Origin: an uncultured delta proteobacterium
GTDB lineage: Bacteria; Myxococcota_A; Polyangia; Fen-1088
Assembly (NCBI GenBank): GCA_963737265.1
Contig: CAVTRY010000016.1
Coordinates: 256,001-320,000, forward strand
DNA: 64,000 nucleotides
Direction: 5' to 3'
Both the position numbers and the translations under genes were made by a program. The notes under the pieces were generated by a model. That model was not told where the DNA came from. It made no database searches and worked only from the letters and a program-made list of their open reading frames with translations. Of the stretch, positions 40,161 to 51,850 are shown one piece after another (within the stretch, counting starts at the first letter, position 1; each line of letters opens with the position of its first letter).

Positions 40161-43100
40161 CTACTGGTGACACGTCCCCACTGATGTATCGCAGAGATAG
40201 CCGTGCGCAATGTCGCAGGCAGTGTCGTCCGTACAAGAGAGCAGGCAAGAGCCGCCAGAGCAAAGGTAACCGTTACACGACGTCGCTGCTTGCGAGCAGT
40301 TTCCGCCGCTGCAGATCCCGACGGCGACAGTAGATAGATTATCGACGCTACAGCCAGCGGTACCGCACGGCGTGCCCGCGTAGCTTTGGCAAGCCGAGCC
40401 ATCTGACAGGCAGACGCCCTTGGTGCCGCACGGAGGAGAATCCGTGCAGGGCGTGGCACAGCAGATGTTGCCGACACAGGTTCCCGTCGAACAGTCGCCG
40501 TTGGTTTGACAGGCTCCACCGAGACCGCTCTGCGGCTGACATTGGTGAGCGGAACATGTGTAGCCGCTGGGGCAGTCGCTGCTCGTGTTGCAACTATTTC
40601 CGCAGGATCCGCCGGTACAGTGGTCTCCCGGAGCGCAAGGTACGGGGTCTGGAAGAGTACAGCCACCGACGCCATCACACTTTCCGGTTGCGACGCTGTG
40701 GAGGCTGTCGGAACAGGTCGCCGTGCCGCACGTATCCCCTTGGTGAGTCTGACAGCCAGAACCATCAGAGGTACAAGCTGCCTTGGTTCCGCAAGCCACG
40801 TCGGTGCAAACGGCCGCGCAGCACATCTTTCCCCCATTCCCGTCACTGATGCAGTGGCCGCCGGAGGCACAGTTGGCGTTGGTGGAACAAGGTTGCCCGT
40901 TCGCCTCCTTGGCGCAATGGCCATTTATGCATGAATACCCCGCAGCGGTATCGCAATTGGCGTCCATCGTGCAAGTCGTTCGGCAATTACCCCCGGCGCA
41001 GAGGTACGGCGTACAGACTACGGGACTCGCCGCAGTGCAGTTGCCGGCGCCATCACAAGTTCCGGCTGCGATACTGGAGAGGTTGTCGCTGCTACAGCTC
41101 GCCTGTCCGCATGTATCCCCTAGGTGAGTCTGGCAGCTCAACCCACCCGGCGCGCAGGCTGCCTTGGTTCCGCAAGACGCGTCAGTGCAATCGGCCGCGC
41201 AGCACATCTTCCCCCCATTCCCGTCGCTGATGCAAAAGCTGCCGGGGGTGCAGTTGGCGTCCGTAGTACAGGTCTGTCCGTTCCCTTCCTTGGCGCAGAG
41301 ATTATTTATGCATGAATATCCCGCGCTGGTATTGCAACTGGCGTTCGTCTGGCAAGACGTAGCGCAAACTCCGGCCCCAGAACAGAGGTATCCGGGGTTG
41401 CAAGCCACCGGGTTTGGCGTCACGCATTGTCCACCGCCACAGGTTGGCGCTGCGATACTGGAAAGGTTATCGGGGGAGCAGGTGTCCACCCCTGATCCGC
41501 AAGTCTCGCCTGCGGCGTGCGTCTTGCAGGCCGAACCGTCCGGCTTGCAGAATGCCGTGCTTCCGCAGGTGGCGTCCGTGCAACCGGTGTTACAGCAAAT
41601 CTTGAAAGTTCCATTGCTGACGCATGCGCCGCTGGCACAGTCGGAGCTCGCAGAACAAGTCTGGCCATTTGCTTTCTCGCACGTTCCATTGGACGCGCAG
41701 GCGAATCCCGCCGCGCACTGGGCGTTGGCCGTGCACGAGCCCAGGCAGGCATTCGCGCCACAAACGTAGGGCGAGCATGGCGTGGAGCCAGGTCCGTTGC
41801 AACTTCCGGACCCGTCACAGAAACCAGCACCGCCGCTCTGGCTGCCGTTCGCGCACGATATCGTAACATTGCAGGGGGAGCCGACGTCCGCGAGTTTGCA
41901 GGCGCCGGAGCCATTGCACGCGCCGGTGTTGCCGCAAGTCGAGGTTGCCGGACAGAAGGTCGGGTCGCGCGGAGTGCCCCCGGCCGCGATGGACGTGCAG
42001 GTCCCTGACGCACAGGTTTGGCAGGATCCGCCACAGGTCTTGTCGCAGCACACCCCCTGTTGGCCGCATACACCGGCTCCGCAATCACCGTTGGCCGAAC
42101 AAGACTTGCCGGGTTTCTTCTTGCAGCTGCCACTGAAACATCCGTACCCGTTCGCGCCGTCACAGTTCGCGTCGGTCGTACAGGATGTGGCGCAAATCCC
42201 GCCCGAACATGTGTAGCCTGCCGGGCAAGAGGTTGTGCCAAGACAGGATCCGGTGCCGCTGCACAGACCACTGGCCGAGGTCGGCGTGGGACAGCTACCG
42301 ACGCAAGTTCCGTCGGGCGTGTTGGCCGGAACATTGGAACAGGTGCCAACCGATCCGCCCAGGTTGCACGAAGAACAGACCGGGCAGCTCGTGCTCATGC
42401 AGCACACGCCGTCGACGCAATTGCCAGTTCCGCATGCCGCGGCCAAGGTACATATCTGCCCAACGCCGACCTTCGAACAGATCCCGCCGATGCAGCTAAA
42501 GTTGTCCACGGTATCGCAATTCGTGCCCTGGTTCGCCGACGTGCACGCGGTAGCGCAAGCACCGGAAGCGCACATGAACCCGCTCCCGCACGGCGCCGGC
42601 GTGCCAGGCGTGCAGCTCCCTGCGCCGTTGCATTTTCCGCTGCCAGCGGTCGTGTTGACGGCATCGTGGCCATCCGCGCATCCGGCCCCAGGCGTGCAGG
42701 CCGTGCCGTTCCATTTCTCGCAGGCACCGGCCGCAGTGCACTTGCCATCGGTTCCGCAGGTCGTGTTGCCGGTGACGGCGCAAAGATTGTGGGGCTCCGT
42801 GGTTCCGGTACCAACGGTACGACAATTGCCATCGAGGTTCCCCTGGGCGTTGGCGATATTGCACGCCTGACACGTCCCGCAGGATGGAGAGCCACAGCAA
42901 GCGCCGTCCACGCAGTTCCCGCTTGCGCAGGTAAAGCCGTTGGCACAGGCGGATCCGTTCGGTTTGAGCTGGCAGGTGTTATTGATACAGGTATTTCCTC
43001 CGGTTGAATCGGCCGCGCTCGGAGCTATCGAATTGCAGTCGCTGGCGGTGCTGGTGCAACCGGTCTTGCAGGTAGCATTCGCGGCATTGCATTGGAAGTT

Positions 43101-46058
43101 TTGGCAGGACACGGGGCTCCCCGGTGTGCACCCTCCTTTGCCATCGCAAGCGCCCGCGGGAACCATCGCCAACGACTGCGAAACCGTGCCCCCGTTCAAG
43201 GTGCCGGAAACCGGCGGCGCACAGGAGGCAGAGCCACAGGTCGTGCCGGCTTTCCCGAGCTGGCAGCCGCCATTGCCATCGCAACTGCCGGTGTCACCAC
43301 AGGGCGGATTGGCCGGGCAGGTCGTGGTGTCCCGTGGCGTTCCACTCGCAGCGATATTGCTGCAGGTTCCCTTCTTCCCCGAAATCGTGCAGCTCTGGCA
43401 GGCTCCGGTACAGGCCACGTTGCAGCACACGCCCTCGGAGGTGCAGAAGCCGCTGTTGCAGTCGGTGTTGGCCTTGCAGGCCTGTCCATTCGGCAGCGTC
43501 GTGCCGCACTGGTTGTTGACTTTGAGACAGGTCTGCTTGTCGCAGTCCGTGTCCGCCGTGCACGTGGTCTTGCACGACGGGCTGGTCGTGCTGCACACAT
43601 AGGGGTCGCAGCTTTGCGTGGTCGGCGCCGGACAGCTCCCCTTGCCATCGCAGTTGGCTGCGGCGGTGAGCGTGGTGCCCGCGCAGCTTGCCAACCGGCA
43701 GCCCTGCGCGGTCGACCAGGGTTGGCAGGCTCCGGCGCCGTTGCAGGTTCCGGCATTGGAGCAGTCGCCGCCGAGGGCATTGCTGGCGGCACAAAGCTTC
43801 TTCGGATCGGCTCCGCCAACGGGAACCGGCGAACAGGTCCCGACCTTGCCTGAGACCTTGCAACTCATGCACAGCCCGCCGGTTGCGGCATCGCTGCACG
43901 CCTTGTCACAACAGACGCCCTCGGTGCAGATGCCGCTGATGCATTGGGGGCCGTTCGCGCAGGTCTGGCCGTTCGGCTTTTTCCCGCACGAGTTGCCCAC
44001 GCAGGTGTTGGGCGACACGCAGTCAGCGTCTGTCGCGCAGATAGTTTCGCACGCGGCGGAGGCGGAGCTACAGATGAAGGTGCCGCACGGCACGGTCGAC
44101 GGCGTCGCGCAAGTACCGAGACCGTCGCACTTCGAAGCTGGCGTCTCGGAAGAATTTGTCGCGCAGCTGGAGCCTTTGCAATTGAAGCCCTGGGCGACAT
44201 ACGCGCACTTGCCGGATTTGCACGCCCCCGTGGTTCCGCAGGTCGAATTCGCGGTCCCCACGCACAGGCCTTGCGGATCCGACGCGCCGTCGGCAACCGC
44301 GGTGCAATAGCCTAGCGTGGCCGGAAGGTTGCAGGCCATGCAAGCGCCCGTACAGACAGAACTACAACACACGCCCTGCGCACAGATGCCCGACAGGCAT
44401 TCGGTCCCCTTGCCGCACTGCTTCCCGTTCCCCTTGGGTCCACACGAGGCCTTGCTTGTGTCACAGACGCTGGGAGGCGCGCATTGCGAGCTGTCGCTGG
44501 TGCAAGAGTTGTAACAAACCTGACCGTTACAGACGTAGGGATTACACGGGCTCGCGTCAGGCGCCACACACTGGCCGGAGGCATTGCAGGCCGGGGGCGG
44601 CGTGTAGGCACCCAGCACGCAGCTCTGTTGGCCACAGGTGTAGCCGACCGGATATTTCTGGCAGGCTCCGCTGCCGTCGCACTTGCCGTTGGTTCCGCAC
44701 GAGGTCGTGCCCTTGTCGGTGCAAGTAGCGCGCGGATCCGGCAGGCCAGCGGCGACCTCCACGCATTGGCCCAGGGTCGCCGGCAAACCGCAGCTCCGGC
44801 AGGCGCCCAGACAACTACTCTCGCAGCAGTAGCCGTCCACGCACTGGTTCGAGTTGCACAGGCTGGCGTCCTTGCAGGGCTGGCCGTTCGCCATCTTCCC
44901 GGTGCATTTGCCGGTGGTCGGCTCGCAGGCGGTCGTGGGCGCGCAATCCTTGTCCGATTTGCACGAGCTGTTGCACGCGCCGTTACTGCACAGGTAGGGC
45001 GTGCAGTCGACGAGATTGGCCGACTGGCAGGTTCCCCTTCCGTCGCAGGCCTGGGCATTTTCGGACAAGACACCGCCCGAGCAGGTCGCTGGCGCGCAGG
45101 GCGTATTCGCCGGAAATATCGCACAGGATCCGGCCCCATCGCAAAGCCCTGTGGTGCCGCAGGCCGAGGCAAGGGTTGCCGGACACTGATTCCCGGGATC
45201 GGGCAGGCCGAAATCGATGGGCTCGCATATGCCGACCGAGCCCGGCAAATGGCACGAGACGCACGGCCCTGCGCAGGCAACGTTACAGCAGACGCCGTTC
45301 GCAACGAAGCCTGTGACACATTCGGCGCCGCTCAAGGCCGCAGCTCCGTTCAGTTTCTCGCCACAGCTCCCGGCGACACACGCCTGTGTGGGCCCGGCGG
45401 CGCACTGGCTGTTGGCCGTGCATGCGGTCGCGCACAAATTCGTATTCGGGTCGCACGAATAGGGATCGCAGGGCGTGGTCGCGCTCTGTGAACATGAACC
45501 ATTCCCGTCACACGTCATCGCACCGGTGATGGAATCCCCCGAGCATGTTCCCGGCTTGCACTCGGTTCCGACCACGTACTTCCGGCACGCGCCCGCACCG
45601 TCGCAGGTTCCATCTTTCCCGCAGGTAAGCGCCTTGTCCGCCGGACATTCCGACAAATCGCTGGGTTGCACTCCGGCCGGAACTAGGCTGCACACGCCGA
45701 GCGAGCTCGGAAGGTCGCAGCGCTTGCAGGTGTCGGTGCAGGCGTTATTGCAGCAAACTCCGTCGGCGCAAAAGCCTGTCCGGCATTCGCTGTCACAGGC
45801 GCAGGACTCGGATGCGCCCTTCGATTTTGGCGCGGCCGTGGTAACGCACCCGACCGGCGCGTCGGCTGGATGGTCGGCCACCGAGCCGTCTGCGTGACCG
45901 CCGTCACCGCCGTCCGCCGGCTTGGAATCGAAACCGGTATCGCCCTTGTTTCCAGTTTGTGAACTGCCGCAGCCACCGCCGAGCGCCACGACGCATGCCA
46001 GCGCCACGATCACGCCCCGAATGGCCCCAGGTTTCCCGTGCAACCACCGTCTAGTCAT
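40161..46058 (-). CDS. Giant cysteine-rich repeat lipoprotein (~1,960 aa)
   Basis: One long open frame; lipobox-like VVALGGGC; about 13 modules carrying xGVCC...C.G.C..C; start uncertain. Confidence 0.85.
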   Translation of the reverse strand: MTRRWLHGKPGAIRGVIVALACVVALGGGCGSSQTGNKGDTGFDSKPADGGDGGHADGSVADHPADAPVGCVTTAAPKSKGASESCACDSECRTGFCADGVCCNNACTDTCKRCDLPSSLGVCSLVPAGVQPSDLSECPADKALTCGKDGTCDGAGACRKYVVGTECKPGTCSGDSITGAMTCDGNGSCSQSATTPCDPYSCDPNTNLCATACTANSQCAAGPTQACVAGSCGEKLNGAAALSGAECVTGFVANGVCCNVACAGPCVSCHLPGSVGICEPIDFGLPDPGNQCPATLASACGTTGLCDGAGSCAIFPANTPCAPATCSGGVLSENAQACDGRGTCQSANLVDCTPYLCSNGACNSSCKSDKDCAPTTACEPTTGKCTGKMANGQPCKDASLCNSNQCVDGYCCESSCLGACRSCGLPATLGQCVEVAAGLPDPRATCTDKGTTSCGTNGKCDGSGACQKYPVGYTCGQQSCVLGAYTPPPACNASGQCVAPDASPCNPYVCNGQVCYNSCTSDSSQCAPPSVCDTSKASCGPKGNGKQCGKGTECLSGICAQGVCCSSVCTGACMACNLPATLGYCTAVADGASDPQGLCVGTANSTCGTTGACKSGKCAYVAQGFNCKGSSCATNSSETPASKCDGLGTCATPSTVPCGTFICSSASAACETICATDADCVSPNTCVGNSCGKKPNGQTCANGPQCISGICTEGVCCDKACSDAATGGLCMSCKVSGKVGTCSPVPVGGADPKKLCAASNALGGDCSNAGTCNGAGACQPWSTAQGCRLASCAGTTLTAAANCDGKGSCPAPTTQSCDPYVCSTTSPSCKTTCTADTDCDKQTCLKVNNQCGTTLPNGQACKANTDCNSGFCTSEGVCCNVACTGACQSCTISGKKGTCSNIAASGTPRDTTTCPANPPCGDTGSCDGNGGCQLGKAGTTCGSASCAPPVSGTLNGGTVSQSLAMVPAGACDGKGGCTPGSPVSCQNFQCNAANATCKTGCTSTASDCNSIAPSAADSTGGNTCINNTCQLKPNGSACANGFTCASGNCVDGACCGSPSCGTCQACNIANAQGNLDGNCRTVGTGTTEPHNLCAVTGNTTCGTDGKCTAAGACEKWNGTACTPGAGCADGHDAVNTTAGSGKCNGAGSCTPGTPAPCGSGFMCASGACATACTSANQGTNCDTVDNFSCIGGICSKVGVGQICTLAAACGTGNCVDGVCCMSTSCPVCSSCNLGGSVGTCSNVPANTPDGTCVGSCPTPTSASGLCSGTGSCLGTTSCPAGYTCSGGICATSCTTDANCDGANGYGCFSGSCKKKPGKSCSANGDCGAGVCGQQGVCCDKTCGGSCQTCASGTCTSIAAGGTPRDPTFCPATSTCGNTGACNGSGACKLADVGSPCNVTISCANGSQSGGAGFCDGSGSCNGPGSTPCSPYVCGANACLGSCTANAQCAAGFACASNGTCEKANGQTCSASSDCASGACVSNGTFKICCNTGCTDATCGSTAFCKPDGSACKTHAAGETCGSGVDTCSPDNLSSIAAPTCGGGQCVTPNPVACNPGYLCSGAGVCATSCQTNASCNTSAGYSCINNLCAKEGNGQTCTTDANCTPGSFCISDGNGGKMCCAADCTDASCGTKAACAPGGLSCQTHLGDTCGQASCSSDNLSSIAAGTCDGAGNCTAASPVVCTPYLCAGGNCRTTCTMDANCDTAAGYSCINGHCAKEANGQPCSTNANCASGGHCISDGNGGKMCCAAVCTDVACGTKAACTSDGSGCQTHQGDTCGTATCSDSLHSVATGKCDGVGGCTLPDPVPCAPGDHCTGGSCGNSCNTSSDCPSGYTCSAHQCQPQSGLGGACQTNGDCSTGTCVGNICCATPCTDSPPCGTKGVCLSDGSACQSYAGTPCGTAGCSVDNLSTVAVGICSGGNCSQAATSCNGYLCSGGSCLLSCTDDTACDIAHGYLCDTSVGTCHQ

Positions 46059-46234
46059 GGAATGCGAGTTCACTGGCCGCCTCCTGTAAGTTAGGTCAGT
46101 CCTGACGCGCAGCGTTGGCAATCGATCACGCCGATCGCGGACGAACCGGGGTAACGATGTTCCTACTTTCATGCCTGACCGATTGCAAGAGATTATTTTG
46201 TGCCTTCAGGTTTACGGCATACCCGCAGGTCCCT

Positions 46235-47068
46235 TCAGAAGCTGCAGTATCCATATTGATCTCCGTAAGCTGTGCAATCAGCGTTGCTGGCACATGGAAT
46301 GGGCGCTGTACGATCGCAGACGACTCGGCAAAAACCGCCATCAGTACACATAGACCCCCGCAGGCACTCCCGAGAGTAGGTGCAAGGCGAGCCATTCCGG
46401 GTTTGCCCGCTGACGTATTCACAGACCGTCCGATTAGTCGTTGTCTTGGCGACGTTCGTAACCACGTAGCAGGTCTGCTGTGTCAGGCAGCCCTTGTTTC
46501 CAATTGGATCACAACAGGATAATGGACAGATGCCGTACGGAGGATCGCAGACATTGACGGGAGGGGCGGAGCCCGACGCAACCGGACGAGGCGTGCATGC
46601 GACGTTCCCCTTGCAATCGGGGTCACTTCCACAAAGAGAGAAACATTGCGTATTTGATGTTCCACTTGCGCTGAGACAGATTAAGCCAAGGCTGCAGTTA
46701 TCGAACTGATTGGGCTCTCCCGAGTAGGTGACGAGACAGCCTGCCTGACCGACCGTACCCGTGCCACTGGAGGTGCATATGAATTTGCCATCGCCAGCAA
46801 TGGAGCATTTCTCGCCTTGGCACCATTTGCAGGGACCGGTCTGGCACACCGGATCGCATATTCCGTTGCTAGGCGTCGGAGCTGCGCACGCAACGTCCGG
46901 CGCCTGGCAGACCCCGGCATCCACCGTCCCGACATCGGCGTGGGGCCCATCCCGCCCCGCGTCCTGCGCTACGGCCGCATCCTGCGCTGCGATGAGTGGA
47001 AAGTGTGCTCGCATGCACCCCACCACCAAGGCAGGCAGGGCAAGAAGATAGATATGGGATTTTTTCAT
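46235..47068 (-). CDS. Cysteine-rich lipoprotein
   Basis: MKKSHIYLLALPALVVGC lipobox; CDPVCQTGPC and CDPIGNKGC repeats. Confidence 0.8.
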   Translation of the reverse strand: MKKSHIYLLALPALVVGCMRAHFPLIAAQDAAVAQDAGRDGPHADVGTVDAGVCQAPDVACAAPTPSNGICDPVCQTGPCKWCQGEKCSIAGDGKFICTSSGTGTVGQAGCLVTYSGEPNQFDNCSLGLICLSASGTSNTQCFSLCGSDPDCKGNVACTPRPVASGSAPPVNVCDPPYGICPLSCCDPIGNKGCLTQQTCYVVTNVAKTTTNRTVCEYVSGQTRNGSPCTYSRECLRGSMCTDGGFCRVVCDRTAPIPCASNADCTAYGDQYGYCSF

Positions 47069-47310
47069 GGTCGGCTGTTGGTTGGCGATTCTACGACTGA
47101 CGCGCTGCCAACGCTAGGGTGCTTCGGCACCTGAGGCAACTTCGAGCACGAAATCGGTGGCGACCGACCACCACCTGGCTGGCTCTCTCGATAGATTGGA
47201 TAGAGGCCTCGCCAGAAACAAAGCAGAAACAAAAATCGATGGTCCAGATTGCGCCGGGCGTTCATGCTGGCCTCGTTGCATCTGTTATCACCGAATGATA
47301 GAGTGATAAC

Positions 47311-47538
47311 ATGATTCGGACGCAGATATCCGTGGACGCCGTGGTGTACGCCAAGGCGAAGGGGGTGGCTCGTCACATGGGTATATCCGTGGCGGAGCTG
47401 TGCCGGCGCGGCTTGGAGGAGGTGATCGCGCACCAGCCCACGTCGAAGCCCTGGATGGCGTATGCCGGCATCCTCGAGGGCCGCCCCGAAGACAGCAGCA
47501 CGGTGGACGAGGTCGTTTACGGGCGATCGGAGCCGTGA
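47311..47538 (+). CDS. Putative ribbon-helix-helix antitoxin
   Basis: MIRTQIS...GISVAELCRR; ends VDEVVYG; GTGA overlap with the PIN gene. Confidence 0.78.
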   Translation: MIRTQISVDAVVYAKAKGVARHMGISVAELCRRGLEEVIAHQPTSKPWMAYAGILEGRPEDSSTVDEVVYGRSEP

Positions 47539-47945
47539 CCGAGGCGGTGTTTTTAGACTCGGGAATCTTCATTGCGTTCCTGAACCGCCACGACCAGTGG
47601 CACACCCAGGCCAAAGCGCTCTTTAGCCTCGCCCGGCCGCGCTGGAGCACATCCTATCTGGTCGTGAGCGAAGCCTACTCGTGGTTTCTGCATCGCTACG
47701 GCGAGGAGGCGGCTCGATCGTTCCGAGGCTTCGTGGACAAGCTCGACGGCCTCACGATCCACGACGTGACGGCCGAACATCATCGCCAGGTGGGCCGGAT
47801 GCTCGACCGCCTCCGCGGGGCAAAGGTTTCGTACGTGGATGCTTCCAGTCTTTGCCTGCTCGAACGGCACAAGATCAGGAAAGTCTGGTCGACCGACTTT
47901 CACCTCAGCCTCACCGGCGCGCAAGTGGCTCCCCGCCGAGCCTGA
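47535..47945 (+). CDS. vapC: VapC PIN-domain toxin
   Basis: VFLDSGIFIA...D.WH, VVSE, SYVDASS, STDFH. Confidence 0.85.
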   Translation: MTEAVFLDSGIFIAFLNRHDQWHTQAKALFSLARPRWSTSYLVVSEAYSWFLHRYGEEAARSFRGFVDKLDGLTIHDVTAEHHRQVGRMLDRLRGAKVSYVDASSLCLLERHKIRKVWSTDFHLSLTGAQVAPRRA

Positions 47946-48023
47946 AGGGCTAGCAGCCGATGTTGGCGCCGAGCCCGTGAGTGCCCCCTCTTCTAGCGAG
48001 GTGTCGGCGGCGGCACAGCTCCG

Positions 48024-48075
48024 CGCCTCTCCCCGACGGGGAGGCCGACGACATCTGCGTCGGCGGGTGAGGGGC
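48024..48075. repeat. REP-like unit (family B)
   Basis: CGCCTCTCCCCGACGGGGAGGCCGACG...CGTCGGCGGGTGAGGGGC, similar to 35951-36004. Confidence 0.65.
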
Positions 48076-48195
48076 GCGCTTCGCGGTGCTTACATTTCTA
48101 TGCATAGCCAAATTCCTCGGACTCCCCTATTCTCGGGCCTTCGCGGGGGCTTTCGGGCAGCATCGAGGTCCACAAACACTGTCGGAGGTCGTTGA

Positions 48196-49599
<1,404 letters not shown>

Positions 49600-49827
49600 C
49601 TAGCTAGCGTGAGCTTGTCGGAAAATTCGGGCCGCCCGAAGGGCCATAGACATTAACCGACGCCTGACGGAGGAATTCGGCCTATCTGATACCTGTCAAG
49701 CGATGCCTGACGGAGAAATCTGGCCCCTTCTCCTCGGTCCGCCGAGGAGAAGGTTGGGATGAGGAGTCCCGAGCCCTGCCGGAACCGGACGAGGAGATTT
49801 CCACCCGCCAACTGAGCGCCCTCGCCT

Positions 49828-51189
49828 TCACAGCGATTCAGTCGGTGGAGGTGGATTGTCGATCGGATTGCGCGGGGGTGGCCCTTGGGGTGGCCCTCCG
49901 CCGCCAGAGGACGCAGCGGGCGGCGGTGCTGACGGCGGCGCGTATGGCGGCGGCAGCGCGTGTGGCGGCGGCGGTGCGGGCACGGGCGCGGACGCGGAGG
50001 CAGGCTCGGGCGCGGGTAGCAGCGCGGGCGCGGGCAGCGGCGCGACCACCACGGGCGCAGGTGGCGGCGGCGCAGGCGCGGGTGGCGGCGGCGCGGGCGC
50101 GGGTGGCGGCGGCGCGGGCGGCAGTATCTCCGGAATCGGGATCGGCGCGGGCGAAGCAGGCGAGGCTGCCGCGAGAGGTGGCGGGGGAGCACCCAGCGCC
50201 GGGCGAACCGGTGGCGTGGGTTTGGCGGGGCTTGCTCCGCTGGCAAAGGGCGAGGTCTGGAGCCACTGCACGCTGCTCATGTTCTGGAAGGTCCCTGTCA
50301 TGCGGAAGCCGATGAAGCCATCGGGACGCTTTCCCATCTGGGCCGTGAAGTCCATGATGGTACGAAGCTTCTCCGAGCTGCGCAGTAAGCTGTCGCTCAG
50401 CTTGAACCGGACGTAAAGATCGACCCTGGACGTTGCTGCCGGCTGGGCGAGGTGGATCTCGCCCTCCACGGTTGCCTCGGCGTCGAGAGACTTGAATTGA
50501 ACGCCCTGCAAACGCCCCACGCCCTTGTCGATGGCGACCTTGCCGCTGACCTCGCCAAGACGAATCTTGGGCAGGCCCAGCCCCTCGGCCAACAGCGGAT
50601 TGCTGGCGATCACCAGCTTCGCCTTGCCGTCGCCCACCGCGCACGCGCGGCAAGCCCAGCTAAGAAGGCCCTTGGCTTCGGAAAGCCGCTGTTTCGGCAA
50701 GGTCAGGTCGAGCTTGAGGTTGAGCTTGCCGGACAAAGGCAAGTTGATCGCGTTCTTGACCCACGGGATTTCCGCCAGATCGATCTCCATGGCGGTCGAC
50801 TGCGCGGAGGTCTCGCTCTTGTCCAGCTTCAGCTTGACGTCGACGTCGCCGCCAAAAAGATCGGCCGACAGGGTGACCGCCCGGGTGCCGCCGACAAACG
50901 ACAGCAGCGACAAACCGAGCGTGGCCTTGTTGATGAGAATGCGCGTCGGTTTGCCGGTGCCGCTGGCACGCGATACCAGCGACACATCCTTGAGAGCCAT
51001 GCCGACGCCCAAGGAAGGGCCCGCGTGCCTCGCCTCCATCTCGTAGCCGAGGCTGGACACCTCGCCGGCAAGGTAGTCCTTGATGCGGTCAAAGGGCAAC
51101 GTCACGTAAAAGACCGTGGCGAAAACCCACAGGCCGAAGCTGACGATGACGCCGACCTTGCCGAGCCGGCGTATTCTTTCACTGACCAT
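49828..51189 (-). CDS. gspN: Type II secretion protein N with Pro-rich tail
   Basis: TLPFDRIK after the N-terminal TM; last gene of the gsp cluster. Confidence 0.78.
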   Translation of the reverse strand: MVSERIRRLGKVGVIVSFGLWVFATVFYVTLPFDRIKDYLAGEVSSLGYEMEARHAGPSLGVGMALKDVSLVSRASGTGKPTRILINKATLGLSLLSFVGGTRAVTLSADLFGGDVDVKLKLDKSETSAQSTAMEIDLAEIPWVKNAINLPLSGKLNLKLDLTLPKQRLSEAKGLLSWACRACAVGDGKAKLVIASNPLLAEGLGLPKIRLGEVSGKVAIDKGVGRLQGVQFKSLDAEATVEGEIHLAQPAATSRVDLYVRFKLSDSLLRSSEKLRTIMDFTAQMGKRPDGFIGFRMTGTFQNMSSVQWLQTSPFASGASPAKPTPPVRPALGAPPPPLAAASPASPAPIPIPEILPPAPPPPAPAPPPPAPAPPPPAPVVVAPLPAPALLPAPEPASASAPVPAPPPPHALPPPYAPPSAPPPAASSGGGGPPQGPPPRNPIDNPPPPTESL

Positions 51190-51192
51190 GGC

Positions 51193-51843
51193 CTACCCCT
51201 TCGCCTTTCCCGCCGCCGCGCCGCCTTTGACAGGCGGCTTCTTGCCTCCGTCCTTGAGCCGTTCATAGGTAGTCGCGGTCAAATCCACGTCGACGCTGGT
51301 GCCGTCCCCGCCGAAGCTGCGACGAACTTCCAAGCGCGTGATGAGAATCAGCCTGCGGCTCGTTTCGACCTTGCCGAGAAAGGTCGCCAGCGACTTCAGA
51401 TCGACCTTGCGCAACTTGAGGTCGAGGCTGTGCTCGACATAGCGTTTGCCCGCGGCGGCGTCCGGCCGATCCGCGGTTTCCGGAATCTGAATACCGGCTT
51501 CCTTGGCCGCCGCTTCCAAATCAGCGGCAAGCTGGGGCGGGTCGCTGCCGATGCGCAGCTCTTGCGCCTTGGCGCGGGCCTTGCCGTCGCGATACTCGTC
51601 GCTGTGCTTGGCGATGGCGTCGAGCGCGTCGCGCATGTCCTTGTTGTCTTGCCCCATACTTTGCAATGAATCGATCATGAGGTACGCCACCAGCAGGAAT
51701 GCACAGGTCGCGAACGCTCCACCCAGGATCGAAATCAGCCGTCGCTCGCGCAACGACATGCGATTCCACTCGGTGGCGACATACACCGCCGGACGCCCGA
51801 CCACGGCTTTGATTTTCGCGAATATGCGCAACAAGAATCTCAT
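51193..51843 (-). CDS. gspM: Type II secretion protein M
   Basis: WNRMSLRERRL + TM; position after gspL. Confidence 0.8.
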   Translation of the reverse strand: MRFLLRIFAKIKAVVGRPAVYVATEWNRMSLRERRLISILGGAFATCAFLLVAYLMIDSLQSMGQDNKDMRDALDAIAKHSDEYRDGKARAKAQELRIGSDPPQLAADLEAAAKEAGIQIPETADRPDAAAGKRYVEHSLDLKLRKVDLKSLATFLGKVETSRRLILITRLEVRRSFGGDGTSVDVDLTATTYERLKDGGKKPPVKGGAAAGKAKG

Positions 51844-51850
51844 GGTTTCC

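Noticed and set aside
40100-45976. Many alternative-frame and antisense ORFs over the Cys-rich gene
   Set aside because: Expected in high-GC DNA with few stop codons; no independent motifs
49920-50160. GGCGGCGGCGCGGGCGC repeats
   Set aside because: Explained by the Pro/Ala-rich GspN tail on the minus strand
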